NCBI GenBank assembly: GCA_963422375.2
Contig: OY729428.2
Span: 1,184,001-1,248,000 of the forward strand
Direction: 5' to 3'
From: Bryobacterales bacterium
GTDB taxonomy: Bacteria; Acidobacteriota; Terriglobia; Bryobacterales; UBA6623
DNA length: 64,000 bases
The position numbers and the translations under genes are program-made. The notes under the pieces were generated by a model that saw only the letters and a list, made by a program, of their open reading frames with translations, was not told the origin of the DNA and did no database searches. Positions 10,082-19,729 of this stretch are shown here, one piece after another. Within the stretch, counting starts at the first letter, position 1; every line of letters starts with the position of its first letter.

Positions 10082-10113
10082 TCGGCGAGCGTCCGCCGGC
10101 ACATGAAGAATCG

Positions 10114-10719
10114 ATGCCCGCCGAAGACCTTGCGGCACCGATGTCCCGCTTGGTGGACGAGTTCAAGCGCCTGCCGGGCATCGGGGCGAAGTCGGCCCAG
10201 CGCCTAGCATTCCATCTCTTGGGGATCGATCGGAAGAAAGCCGAAAGCCTGGCGCAGGCGATCCTGGAGATGCGCGAGCGAATCCAGCTCTGCGGACGCT
10301 GCAACAACATCGCGGTGGGTCCGCTCTGTCCTATCTGCAAGGATCCGAAGCGCGACCATGCGCTGGTCTGCGTTCTCGAGCAGCCCAACAACATCATGCT
10401 GATCGAGAGGACTCGGTCCTATAGGGGGGTCTACCACATCCTCCACGGCGCTCTTTCGCCTCTGCGGAATGTCCAACCGCAGGACCTCAAGATCCAGAGC
10501 CTGTTGAAGCGCATGCAGGCCGTTGAGACCCGCGAAATCATTCTGGCGACGAGCCCTACGACAGAGGGCCAGGCCACCTCGGCCTACCTGAGCCGGCTGC
10601 TCAAGCCGCTCGATGTCAAGGTGACTCGCATCGGGCTCGGCATCCCGATCGGAAGCGAGCTCGAGTTCGTCGACGAGGCCACGATGATCGAGTCGATCGA
10701 GGGCCGACGGGAGCTCTGA
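10114..10719 (+). CDS. recR: Recombination mediator RecR
   Basis: LPGIGAKSAQRLAFHL, C4 zinc finger, YHILHGALSP, EIILATSPTTEGQAT, TRIGLGIPIGSELE. Confidence 0.97.
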   Translation: MPAEDLAAPMSRLVDEFKRLPGIGAKSAQRLAFHLLGIDRKKAESLAQAILEMRERIQLCGRCNNIAVGPLCPICKDPKRDHALVCVLEQPNNIMLIERTRSYRGVYHILHGALSPLRNVQPQDLKIQSLLKRMQAVETREIILATSPTTEGQATSAYLSRLLKPLDVKVTRIGLGIPIGSELEFVDEATMIESIEGRREL

Positions 10720-10754
10720 CCGAGGGCCGGACCAAGCCGGGTGCGGCTGGCGCC

Positions 10755-11672
10755 TCAGGTCAGCTGCATGAACAGCTGGATCAGCGCGACCAGCTCGGAG
10801 GAGGAGTCCTCCTGGCAGAAGTGACCCGCGCTTTCGAGGCGCACCACCGGCCCCGACGGGAACAGCGACTTGAAGTCGGCGATCGCGAGCTCCGGCGGGA
10901 TGGCGCGATCCTTCATGCCCTCGGCCAGCATCGCCGCCTTGGACCGCAGCGCGGGGACCCCCGCGGCACCCGCCCGGACGTACGCGCCGATCCGGTTCAG
11001 GGCGACGTCCAAGGGGAACTCGACCGCGCCCTTGCACTCCTCCGGCGTGCCGAAGGGCGCCGCGTAGGCGCGCAGCGCGGACTCGCTCAGGCCGGACTCC
11101 GTGCCGAGCCTCTGCATCAGAGCGCCCACGTGGGTCCGCAGGTCGAGCATGGTCTCGTAGTAGGAGCCGTCCCGGACGGACGAGGTCACCCACCGAAACC
11201 ATTCCGATTCATGGAGCCGCGGCGGCCTGGGCGCATCTCGCGGGGCCACCATGGCACCGTAGCCGCAGATGCTGTTGATCAGGCAGACGCGCTTGACGCG
11301 CTCGGGATGCCGCACGGTATAGGCGGCCAGCATCGGCCCGCCCCAGTCCTGCCCGACGAAGGTGATGCCATCAAGGTCCAGTTCGGCGATCAGCGCAGCG
11401 AGGTTGCCGACGTGCGTCTCAAGAGTGTACTCGCGGTCCTGGGGCGTCTCGCTCTTGCCGAAGCCCATGTGGTCGGGCACAATCACCCGCCAGCGCTCCG
11501 AGAGAGCGGGCACGAACTTGCGGTAGATGTAGCCCCACGTCGGCTCGCCGTGGAGGCAGACGATCGGCTCGCCCTCGCCCTCGTCCACGTAGTGCATTCG
11601 AAACCCCGCGCCGGTGCTGAAACGAGGCCGAAAGGGGAAGGTCCCCTCGAAAGTCTGCCCGGCAGGAACCAT
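10755..11672 (-). CDS. Haloalkane dehalogenase-like alpha/beta hydrolase
   Basis: MHYVDEG, LHGEPTWGYIYR, PDHMGFGKSE, GQDWGG (Asp nucleophile), AGHFCQED. Confidence 0.85.
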   Translation of the reverse strand: MVPAGQTFEGTFPFRPRFSTGAGFRMHYVDEGEGEPIVCLHGEPTWGYIYRKFVPALSERWRVIVPDHMGFGKSETPQDREYTLETHVGNLAALIAELDLDGITFVGQDWGGPMLAAYTVRHPERVKRVCLINSICGYGAMVAPRDAPRPPRLHESEWFRWVTSSVRDGSYYETMLDLRTHVGALMQRLGTESGLSESALRAYAAPFGTPEECKGAVEFPLDVALNRIGAYVRAGAAGVPALRSKAAMLAEGMKDRAIPPELAIADFKSLFPSGPVVRLESAGHFCQEDSSSELVALIQLFMQLT

Positions 11673-11807
11673 AGGCAACCAATCTTACCCAGTCCGAAGC
11701 CCCCTAGGCAGGCGCCAGTCCCCCGTCAAGGGTCTGGCGGCCCGGACTCCCCTGATCAGCCAAGGCGACCCGGCGGGGGTGATAGACTCGGGCACTGCGA
11801 GACCGCG

Positions 11808-13250
11808 ATGCAGCGAACCTTGCCAGTTCTCCTTCTACTCGGCCTGTGCTCCGGAGCCTATGGAGCCGTCCCGGAGCGACCGAACTTTGTCGTCCTGTTC
11901 GCCGACGACCAAGGCTGGGGGGACCTTGGCTCCTACGGGCATCCGGATATTCGGACGCCCCATCTCGACCGCATGGCCGACGAGGGCATTCGATTCACCA
12001 GCTTCTACGCAGCCCCTTTCTGCGGGCCATCGCGGGCGGCGCTGATGACGGGATCCTACCCGCCGCGCCTCAGCCTCGCGTTCAATCACGGCCCGAAGGC
12101 ATCGACGGGAATCCATCCGGACGAGTTGACGATCGCGGAACTGCTGAAGGCGCGAGGCTACGCCACCAAGATGATCGGGAAGTGGCATCTGGGCGACGCA
12201 CCGGAGTTCCTGCCGCACAGGCACGGATTCGACAATTGGTTCGGCATTCCGTTCTCCAACGACATGTGGCGCTTTCACCCCGTCATGCCCGTCCGGGAGC
12301 CTGAGGGCGAGCGCATGATCTCGGCCCGGGAGCGGGCCGCGATGACTGGCTTCGCGGGCGAAGGCGCGCACTACGACCTCGAGCGGGGGCAGGGATTCCC
12401 GCATCCCCTGCCGCTGATGCGGGATGACGAAGTCGTGGAGGAGGACTCGGACCAGCGCAAGCTGACGACCCAGTACACCGAGATGGCCCTGGCCTTCATC
12501 GAAGAGAACCGGAGCAACCCATTCTTCCTGTACCTGCCCTACGCGATGCCGCACGTCCCGCTGTTCGTGTCGAACGCCCGCTGGGGCAAGTCGCTCCGGG
12601 GCCGGTACGGCGACGTGATCGAGGAACTCGACTGGTCGGTCGGGCAGATTCTCGGCAAGCTGCAGGAACTGGACTTGGACCGGAAAACCTTAGTGGTGTA
12701 TACGTCGGACAATGGTCCGTGGCTCGAATACGGCATTGACGCGGGCTCGGCCGGGCCGTTCAAGCTCGGCAAGGCCACCACCTGGGAGGGCGGGATGCGC
12801 GTCCCGGGGATCTTCCGGATGCCCGGCTCGATACCGCCGGGTCGCGTGAGTTCGGCGGTCGCCGCCAACATGGACCTGCTTCCGACGTTCACGTCGCTGG
12901 CGGGGAGCGACCTGCCGGGGGATCGCACTTTGGACGGCCGAAACCTCTGGCCGCTGCTCAGCGGCGCGACCGACGAGTCGCCGCACGAGTACTTCTACTT
13001 CTTCGCCGGGAGCAGCCCGGAAACGCCGACAAGGCTGCAGGGAATTCGCAAGGGACGCCACAAGCTGCGCCTGCGGAGGGGCGGGGACGGACGATTTCAG
13101 GCCGTCGCGCTGTTCGACCTGCTGGCCGACGCGGGCGAGAAGTTCGACATCCGCGACAGGCATCCGGACTTGGTGGCGGCGCTGCTCGAGCAGTCGCGGG
13201 CCTTCGTCGAGGAACTGGAAGCGAACGTGCGTCCGCTGGGCGGGCTCTGA
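11808..13250 (+). CDS. Sulfatase (arylsulfatase A-like), secreted
   Basis: Signal peptide; PNFVVLFADDQGWGD, CGPSRAALMTG (CxPxR FGly motif), GKWHLG, SDNG. Confidence 0.93.
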   Translation: MQRTLPVLLLLGLCSGAYGAVPERPNFVVLFADDQGWGDLGSYGHPDIRTPHLDRMADEGIRFTSFYAAPFCGPSRAALMTGSYPPRLSLAFNHGPKASTGIHPDELTIAELLKARGYATKMIGKWHLGDAPEFLPHRHGFDNWFGIPFSNDMWRFHPVMPVREPEGERMISARERAAMTGFAGEGAHYDLERGQGFPHPLPLMRDDEVVEEDSDQRKLTTQYTEMALAFIEENRSNPFFLYLPYAMPHVPLFVSNARWGKSLRGRYGDVIEELDWSVGQILGKLQELDLDRKTLVVYTSDNGPWLEYGIDAGSAGPFKLGKATTWEGGMRVPGIFRMPGSIPPGRVSSAVAANMDLLPTFTSLAGSDLPGDRTLDGRNLWPLLSGATDESPHEYFYFFAGSSPETPTRLQGIRKGRHKLRLRRGGDGRFQAVALFDLLADAGEKFDIRDRHPDLVAALLEQSRAFVEELEANVRPLGGL

Positions 13251-13276
13251 TCTCGAAGACAGCAAGAGTGTTTGCA

Positions 13277-13562
13277 GTGGAGGTAATATTCACCTACTGC
13301 GAAATCGAGGCACTCTTGGAGGAGCGGAAAGAGCTGCCACTTGGCTGGGAAAAACGTCCCAAGAAAAAAAGCACTTCCAATTCGAAGAAAAACACATCGA
13401 CCTGAATACATGTTCCGAGCACAATTTCCGGATAATTATTAGGAAGAATCGAAATAGGGCACTTGATTTTTCGATCATTCTTGGGCTTATAGTGTCAGGC
13501 TCTAAGAAAGTATTTCGTCTTTGTCGATACAACGGAAATAGTCATAAACACACAAACATCAT
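13277..13562 (+). pseudogene. Hypothetical protein of the type found upstream of DUF1828 genes; frameshifted and truncated by IS
   Basis: AT-rich. VEVIFTYCEIEALLEERKELPLGWEKRPKK, then a -1 shift at the A7 run (13364-13370) to HFQFEEK...FRIIIRKNRNRALDFSIILG...VFRLCRYNGNSHKHTNII, cut by the IS left end. Confidence 0.65.
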
Positions 13563-14584
13563 CCTGATTATCCACAAGACTCAGCCAAGGTTAGGAGGCG
13601 GTAAGGCCTGGGCGGGGTGCGCACGGAGGCGTGGAGCAGGCGGGGGACCAGCGCCTCCAGGTCGTAGCGGCGGTTGAAGCGGTAGCGGAACTCGGCGAGG
13701 TACCGCGGCAGGTGCTTGCCGTCGAGCGCAGGGCAGGTTCCCGCCAGGGACTGCTTGACGTTCGCCAGCATCGTGTTGACCCGGACGTTGACCCGGACGA
13801 AGCGGGAATCCCCGCAGCTCCGCTGCCCGCCTCCGGTGACGGTCGGCACGTGCTCGCAGCCGGCGCCGGCCACGCCCCGCAAGCAGGCCGGGCCGTCGGA
13901 ATGCACCTCCGTGCCGGGCTGCAAGTGCCGCCCGGCCCACGCTGCCAGCGTCTTCTGGCGCAAGCCCGCCACGCTGCTCATGCGCATCCTTGCCGGCTGG
14001 CCGGCGGCGGTGACCTGCACGGCGGCCACGAACGGCGTCTTGCCCGCCGCGCCCCAGTAGGCCCCAGTAGGCGTCGTCCATCTGCACGATGCCGTGCAGC
14101 GGCACGCGCTCGTCGCGCTCCTTCAGCACTTGCAAAAGCTTGTGCTTCATCTTCCAAGCCGTGTTCCGGCTGACCCCCAGCTGCCGCGCCAGTTCCAGCG
14201 ACGAAACGCCGTGCTTGCCCTGCGTCAGCAGGTGGATCGCCAGCAACCGGACGGTCAGCGGCAGCTTGCTGGCGGCGAAGATCGTGCCGGCGACGAGGGA
14301 GCTCTGGCGGTGGCAGGCATGGCACTGCCGGAGCTTGCGGGAGCGGATGCGGCAGTGCCGTCGGGAGCCGCACTCCGGGCAGCGGAAGCCGTCCGGCCAG
14401 CGGGCGTTGAAGACGGCCTGCTCGCATGGCCCCTCGCTGCCGTAGCGCTGCAGGAACTTGCCCGGGCTGAGTCCCTTCTGGAATTGCACGCGATTGCGTT
14501 TCAGCTGCTATCTCCTTTCCTATCAGAGATTTCCGACCTCCTTCAGTAGAGCATATCCTCGGCTGACGTTCGTTGGTAATCAAG
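13563..14584 (-). mobile_element. IS1595-family (ISXO2-like) insertion sequence, ~1.02 kb
   Basis: Imperfect 28-bp TIRs: CCTGATTATCCACAAGACTCAGCCAAGG (13563-13590) vs revcomp of 14557-14584, CTTGATTACCAACGAACGTCAGCCGAGG (20/28 identical). They enclose the transposase. Confidence 0.88.
13568..14504 (-). pseudogene. IS1595-family transposase, frameshifted
   Basis: Zn ribbon RWPDGFRCPEC...QCHAC, GTIFAASKLPL, QMDDAYWG; second frame GKTPFVAAV, HSDG, VNTMLANVK, YLAEFRYRFNRR. Break at the 10-bp duplication 14051-14070. SD is followed by CTG rather than ATG. Confidence 0.9.
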
Positions 14585-15227
14585 TACATATATGCATCTG
14601 AGCTATGATCGTGATGTGGCTGAACTGCGTCAAGGACACAAGTGGAACCTCGTCTCCAACGCTCTATCCATCTTCAGTGTCGAAGACCGTGATGGAGAAC
14701 TAGTCCGTAACATTTCAGACGAACGGTATGCCGATGCATTGTACTCTTTCGTCCAATCTGTGCTCAAGATTGCAGATGTTGCAGATGCATGGCAGCCGTT
14801 GCAAGCGCGAAAGCATTCGACATTTATGGATGATTTTCAAGAATTTCTGAGGGAGACCATTCCTGAAGAGCGAATGGCATTCAACTGGTGCGATCCGCAA
14901 CGCGATCATACACGAAAGTACATCGTTGACTGTCGAATTAGCGGAATGCCCCGTCCGATCTTTCTTCACGGACTTCCAAACGACTCCAGAACTCGTGATG
15001 CAACGCTCACACTGCATCAGTGCCAGAAGTGGGAAATTCGCCACCATGCCATTGGAATCTTCGAAGACAAAACGTTGATCACTCGCAATGTTCGGGCGAG
15101 ATACCATGACGTATCTGACAAGTCCTTTCCTAGCCTGAGCTCAGACCGAGATAAGATCTTGCTCCACTTGCGTGACCACTTGCAGGAACGGCTGGCTCCA
15201 AATTCAACCCTAAGCGAGCACACTTAG
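14585..15227 (+). pseudogene. DUF1828/DUF1829-like protein, 5'-truncated
   Basis: Starts at the IS end as (T-Y-)MHLSYD; continues NALSIFSVEDRDGEL, ALYSFVQ, STFMDDF, YIVDCRISGM, TRDATLTL, IGIFED. Recognised from memory of the family; the N-terminal part is missing. Confidence 0.7.
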
Positions 15228-15445
15228 GAAGAATCAAACTCTCGCCCAACTCAACATCTCTGCGGTCCATCAGATCTCGAATTCCCGGACAGATGCTTTA
15301 GTATTTCTAGAGCTTTCCCCAATCAATCGACGTGCTCAAGCCTCGCAAGAATCTGTTCATCCTCCGCTCAAGGGCCTTTTATTCAGAATTGATGGCGAGC
15401 TGGCCCTCACCGAAAATTGCGTCTTGAGCGACCGGATCTCTCTGA

Positions 15446-16726
15446 CTAGAGCGCGGGCGATTCGAAGAAAATCCCGCCGAACAGCAGCCATGCAATCAGC
15501 AATGTCCAGAAGATGTTGACTCCTTGCGCTAGGAGAAACGCGATCGCGGGCCGCCCTTCGTCCATCGACACAAGATCCCGGAAGTGCGTCTCCAAGCCTA
15601 TGCAGACGAAGGCCAGCGCAAACCACCACGTCCGCAGGCCCTTCATCAGGCTCTTGGTCGAGTCGACGAATTCCGGAGCGAGGGCGAACGAGAACACCAC
15701 CGACGCCACGACGAACCCTAGGACGAACTTCGGGAACCGCTCCCAGATGATCGAGACCGACGGCTTCTCGCCCGTCACAGCGCCGGCCCGGAACGTCCAC
15801 CAGACCGAGAGAGCGAACGCCGCCAGCCCGAGCATTGCGTTCTGCGAGAACTTCACGATCACCGCGGCGTTCATTGCCGAATCGCCAACGATCTCGCCCG
15901 CCGCAACCACCGCCCCAGAAGTGTCGATGGTGCCGCCGAGCCACGCCCCGCCGACCACCGGAGGGATGTCGAAGTGTCCGATGACCCACGGCATGACGAT
16001 CATCATCGGAATCGCGACGATCAAGACGAGCGAGGTGACATAGGAAAGCTGCTTGCGGTCACCTTGGATCGCCCCGCAGGCGGCGATCGCGGCCGATACG
16101 CCGCAGATCGAGACCGCCGTGGCGAGCATGGCCGAGAAGTTGTCGTCGACGCGCAGCCGCCGTGCGATCCAAAAGCAGGCGTACCAGATCGCCGCGATGA
16201 CGAGGAACGCCTGCCCGACTCCGAGCAGGCCGGCCTGCAGGATGTCCCCCAGCAAGATGTTGGACCCGAGGATCACCAGACCCGTCTTGATGAAGTACTC
16301 GGTGCGCACGGCGCCGCGCATCCATCGCGGAACCGAAAGCACGTTCGAAATGAACAGTCCGATCAGCAATCCGGTCAGGACGTACGTAAGGCCCCAAGCC
16401 TTCGCGCCGGCGTTGCCGGCGATGACTTGTGCGATCCAGGCGATCAGGAACACCGCGGGAAAGCCGGCGGCGAACGCGCCGACGCCGCCGCCCATCACGC
16501 GGACGCCCGCCGCCGCGAGGACTAGGAAGAACGCGAACAGGACCGCGCCCGCGAGCAGGCTGGCTCCGGAGAAGGCGGCGCCGCCCGAGCCGGCGTCCCA
16601 CGAGAAGCTAGGCAGGGCCGGCTGCACTCCGAGAACGGCCAGCGCGATCAGGGCGAATCCCAAGGCGCAGGAGACCCAGTCCTCGCTGGCGCGCGCGCGG
16701 GGCGGGGCGGTCGGCGTCCTGGTCAT
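15446..16726 (-). CDS. Putative sulfate exporter (YeiH/PSE family) membrane protein
   Basis: EYFIKTGLVILG, AVSICGVSAAIA, GAWLGGTIDTSGAVVAAG, WERFPKFVLGF; multiple TM helices. Confidence 0.88.
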   Translation of the reverse strand: MTRTPTAPPRARASEDWVSCALGFALIALAVLGVQPALPSFSWDAGSGGAAFSGASLLAGAVLFAFFLVLAAAGVRVMGGGVGAFAAGFPAVFLIAWIAQVIAGNAGAKAWGLTYVLTGLLIGLFISNVLSVPRWMRGAVRTEYFIKTGLVILGSNILLGDILQAGLLGVGQAFLVIAAIWYACFWIARRLRVDDNFSAMLATAVSICGVSAAIAACGAIQGDRKQLSYVTSLVLIVAIPMMIVMPWVIGHFDIPPVVGGAWLGGTIDTSGAVVAAGEIVGDSAMNAAVIVKFSQNAMLGLAAFALSVWWTFRAGAVTGEKPSVSIIWERFPKFVLGFVVASVVFSFALAPEFVDSTKSLMKGLRTWWFALAFVCIGLETHFRDLVSMDEGRPAIAFLLAQGVNIFWTLLIAWLLFGGIFFESPAL

Positions 16727-16811
16727 CGCTTCAGTCTCTGAGACAGCCGCTAGCGTAGCGCACGGCAAGGCGGTGCCAGAGCCGTCGGGAACGCGCCCCG
16801 GCCCGACCGCC

Positions 16812-18410
16812 TTACGAGGCCCTTTCCGCCCCGAGACCCGTGTTGGCCCTCACGCTGAGTTCCACGTACCGCTCCTCGGCATCCGGCTCGCGCGAGAGGA
16901 TCGACCCTAGGTACGCTGCGAGAAAGCCGAGGGGGATGCTCACGATACCGGGATTCTTGAGCGGGTACCAAGCGTCGGCCTGGATCAAGCGCCGCGCGCT
17001 TTCCGCCACCTCCGGCCCGTCGATGCCCATGAAGCTGGGGCTGGCGATGATCAGCCCCACCGACGAAAGCAGGCCGGCCGCCAAGCCCGAGACCGCGCCA
17101 TTCGTGTTGAACCGCTTCCAGTACAGCGAGAACAGGATTACCGGCAAGTTGGCCGACGCGGCTACCGCGAAGGCGAGCCCCACGAGGAACGCCACGTTGG
17201 CGTTCGGCCCCAGACCGATGGCGATCAGTATCGACAGGGCTCCCACGACGAAGGCCGTCCAGCGTGCCACGCGCACCTCGTCACCGGGCGCCTTCTTCTT
17301 GCCGTGGTGCAGCACGTTCGAATAGAAGTCGTGCGCGAACGAGGTCGACGCGCTGATCGTCAGCCCGGCCACCACCGCCAGAATCGTGGCGAAGGCCACC
17401 GCCGAGATGAAGGCGAAGAAGACGTCCCCGGCCAGGGCCTGGGCCAGCAGCGGAGCGCTCATGTTCGTCCCGCCGTTGGCCGAAATCAAGTCGGGCCCGA
17501 CGATCGTTGCGGCTCCGAAACCGAGGAAGGTCGTCATGATGTAGAAGGCCCCGATCAGGAGCATGGCCCAGAAGACGCTCACGCGCGCCGTCTTAGCGTC
17601 CGGTACCGTGTAGAAGCGGATCAGAATGTGGGGCAGGCCGGCCGTGCCGAAGATGAGCGCTACGCCCAGCGAGATCAGGTCCAGAGCGCCGTACGGCGGC
17701 TTGAAGTAGTGGCCCGGCGTCATGAAGTCGCGCGTCACGGTCTGCCCGTCCACCTGCAGGCTGACGCTGCTCGCGGCCTCGAACAGCGCGCCCAGGTCGA
17801 ATCCGAATCGCGCCAGCACCAAGACGCTCAGCAGCAGAGTGCCGCTCATCAGCAGCACGGCCTTGACGATCTGGACCCAGGTCGTCGCCAGCATGCCACC
17901 GAAGACCACGTAGACGATCATCAGGATCCCCACCCCGGTCACGGCCTGGACGTAGCCCACGCCGGAATCGGCCAGCAGCAGACTTACCAAGGCACCCGCG
18001 CCCACCATCTGGGCAATCATGTAGAACGTCGACACGGTCAGGGTGCTCAGGGAAGCCCACGCCCGGACCGGCCGGGGACGCAGGCGGAACGCGAGCACGT
18101 CGGCCATCGTGTACTTGCCGGTGTTGCGCAGAGGTTCCGCCACCACAAGCAGCACGGTTAGGTAGGCGACCAGGAATCCTACCGAGTACATGAACCCGTC
18201 GTACCCGTAGAACGCGATCAGGCCCGCGATGCCGAGAAACGAGGCCGCGCTCATGTAGTCGCCGGATATCGCGAGACCGTTCTGCCATCCGGTGATACGA
18301 CGGCCCGCCGCGAAGAAGGCTTTCTCCCCCGCCGACCGGCCCGCGGCCCAGTACGTGATGCCGAGCGTGGCGACGACGAAGGTCAGGAACATTACGAGGG
18401 GCAGCGACAC
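16812..18410 (-). CDS. actP: Cation/acetate symporter (SSS family)
   Basis: NGLAISGDYMSAASFLGI, GGMLATTWVQIVKA, GTAGLPHILIRFYTVPDAK, AVAFATILAVVAGL; paired with DUF485. Confidence 0.92.
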   Translation of the reverse strand: MSLPLVMFLTFVVATLGITYWAAGRSAGEKAFFAAGRRITGWQNGLAISGDYMSAASFLGIAGLIAFYGYDGFMYSVGFLVAYLTVLLVVAEPLRNTGKYTMADVLAFRLRPRPVRAWASLSTLTVSTFYMIAQMVGAGALVSLLLADSGVGYVQAVTGVGILMIVYVVFGGMLATTWVQIVKAVLLMSGTLLLSVLVLARFGFDLGALFEAASSVSLQVDGQTVTRDFMTPGHYFKPPYGALDLISLGVALIFGTAGLPHILIRFYTVPDAKTARVSVFWAMLLIGAFYIMTTFLGFGAATIVGPDLISANGGTNMSAPLLAQALAGDVFFAFISAVAFATILAVVAGLTISASTSFAHDFYSNVLHHGKKKAPGDEVRVARWTAFVVGALSILIAIGLGPNANVAFLVGLAFAVAASANLPVILFSLYWKRFNTNGAVSGLAAGLLSSVGLIIASPSFMGIDGPEVAESARRLIQADAWYPLKNPGIVSIPLGFLAAYLGSILSREPDAEERYVELSVRANTGLGAERAS

Positions 18411-18411
18411 G

Positions 18412-18741
18412 TCAGCTCCCCCCTTCCGGCAGGCCCGCCGAGGAAGCGCCCGGAGCCTCGGCCAGAAGGCTGGCTGTCATCCGGTCGTAGCGTCCCGCGA
18501 ACCGCATGTACAGGTACGCGATCGCCCAGGTCATGAGGAACTGGGAGAACGCGAAGAGGTAGGCCAGGTTGGCGTGCCCCCACACCTTGCGGGCCATCAG
18601 TTCGGGCCAGTAGCCCACCAAGACCGGAAGAGCGAAGTAGTAGGCGATAAAAAATACAGTCAAGGCCACGACGGCTGCGGTTTTTTGCCTGATCAAATCC
18701 CGGTAGGCGGGAGTTGCGTACAATTGATCGGAAAGGCTCAT
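18412..18741 (-). CDS. DUF485 (YjcH-like) small membrane protein
   Basis: Two TM helices, YLFAFSQF...YMRFA..YD; directly upstream of actP. Start uncertain (up to 18765). Confidence 0.85.
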   Translation of the reverse strand: MSLSDQLYATPAYRDLIRQKTAAVVALTVFFIAYYFALPVLVGYWPELMARKVWGHANLAYLFAFSQFLMTWAIAYLYMRFAGRYDRMTASLLAEAPGASSAGLPEGGS

Positions 18742-18855
18742 AGCACGCGACTCCATAGAATACACCTCGTTTCATCGGGATGCGCGTCGGATCCGTGACC
18801 GGCATGTCTCCGATGCCGCCGTCCGGACCGGCCGGGTCCCGCGCGCGACGGGCGC

Positions 18856-19704
18856 CTACAGAGCGCTGAGGCGGATCTCGTACTCGATCGGCCCCGTCGC
18901 GACGCTTCCGCGGAAACTTCCGCTGGTCGGCGCGGCGCCGCTCGGAACGTGGGCGGCCGCCACGGCGACGTGGCTGTCGGCGACAGCCAGGCCTTGGGAC
19001 GGGTCGTAGCCGCGCCAGCCGGCACCGGGCAGGTACACCTCGGCCCACGCGTGCATCTGGGTGGCGGCCGACTCCGACGGCTGGTGGGCGTAGCCGCTCA
19101 CGAAGCGAGCCGCGATCCCGACCTCCCGGCAGCACTCGGCGAACAGTACCGCGAGGTCGCGGCAGGCCACCCGCGACGCTCGCAGGCACTCGCCCGGCGC
19201 CATCGGGTCGCCGCTGACCCGCAATTCGGGCTCGGAGCGGCTGTGCAGCGACGAAGTCAGGGCGCCCAGGAAGGCCAGTGTCCCGCCTCCGGCCCGGTGG
19301 GCCAAGGTCCGGGCAAATTCCGACACCGACGCAGCGGTCGGATCGCAGCGTTCCAGCGCCCCGGCGAGTTGCCGGCGCTCGGCCGGAGCGTAGTCCACGG
19401 GCAGCTGCGCGGGGCGCTCGCCGAACAGGATGTACTCGAAGGGATTCTTTCGCAGAGTTTCGACCTCGAATTCCGTGCGTACGCGCAGCTCGCTGGCTGG
19501 GCCCGAGAACCAGGCCTGCGCCACGTCGTTGCCCTCGCTGTCGACGAATTCCGCAAGCAGCGAGGGACGCGGCTCGATCTCGAGGCGGAAGCGCAGCAGG
19601 CGCTGCGAGCCGTCGCAGCGCGGGCGCAGCCGGATCGCGTGCGTCTCCAGATGCACCGGCGCGCCGTAGCGGAACCGCGTCAGGTGATTCGCGACGAAAC
19701 GCAT
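18856..19704 (-). CDS. Transglutaminase-like protein (bacterial transglutaminase N-terminal + core)
   Basis: HLTRFRY, IRLRPR, DSEGN, ACRDLA (Cys), ARFVSGY, HAWAEVYLPGAGWRGYDPS. Confidence 0.92.
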   Translation of the reverse strand: MRFVANHLTRFRYGAPVHLETHAIRLRPRCDGSQRLLRFRLEIEPRPSLLAEFVDSEGNDVAQAWFSGPASELRVRTEFEVETLRKNPFEYILFGERPAQLPVDYAPAERRQLAGALERCDPTAASVSEFARTLAHRAGGGTLAFLGALTSSLHSRSEPELRVSGDPMAPGECLRASRVACRDLAVLFAECCREVGIAARFVSGYAHQPSESAATQMHAWAEVYLPGAGWRGYDPSQGLAVADSHVAVAAAHVPSGAAPTSGSFRGSVATGPIEYEIRLSAL

Positions 19705-19729
19705 GCGGGTGGGGGTTGCGCCACGGCAC

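Noticed and set aside
13249..15281. 9-bp direct repeat GATCTCGAA (13249, 15273) as att sites of the AT-rich islet
   Set aside because: Short, common word in this genome; low GC continues past the second copy; no integrase present.
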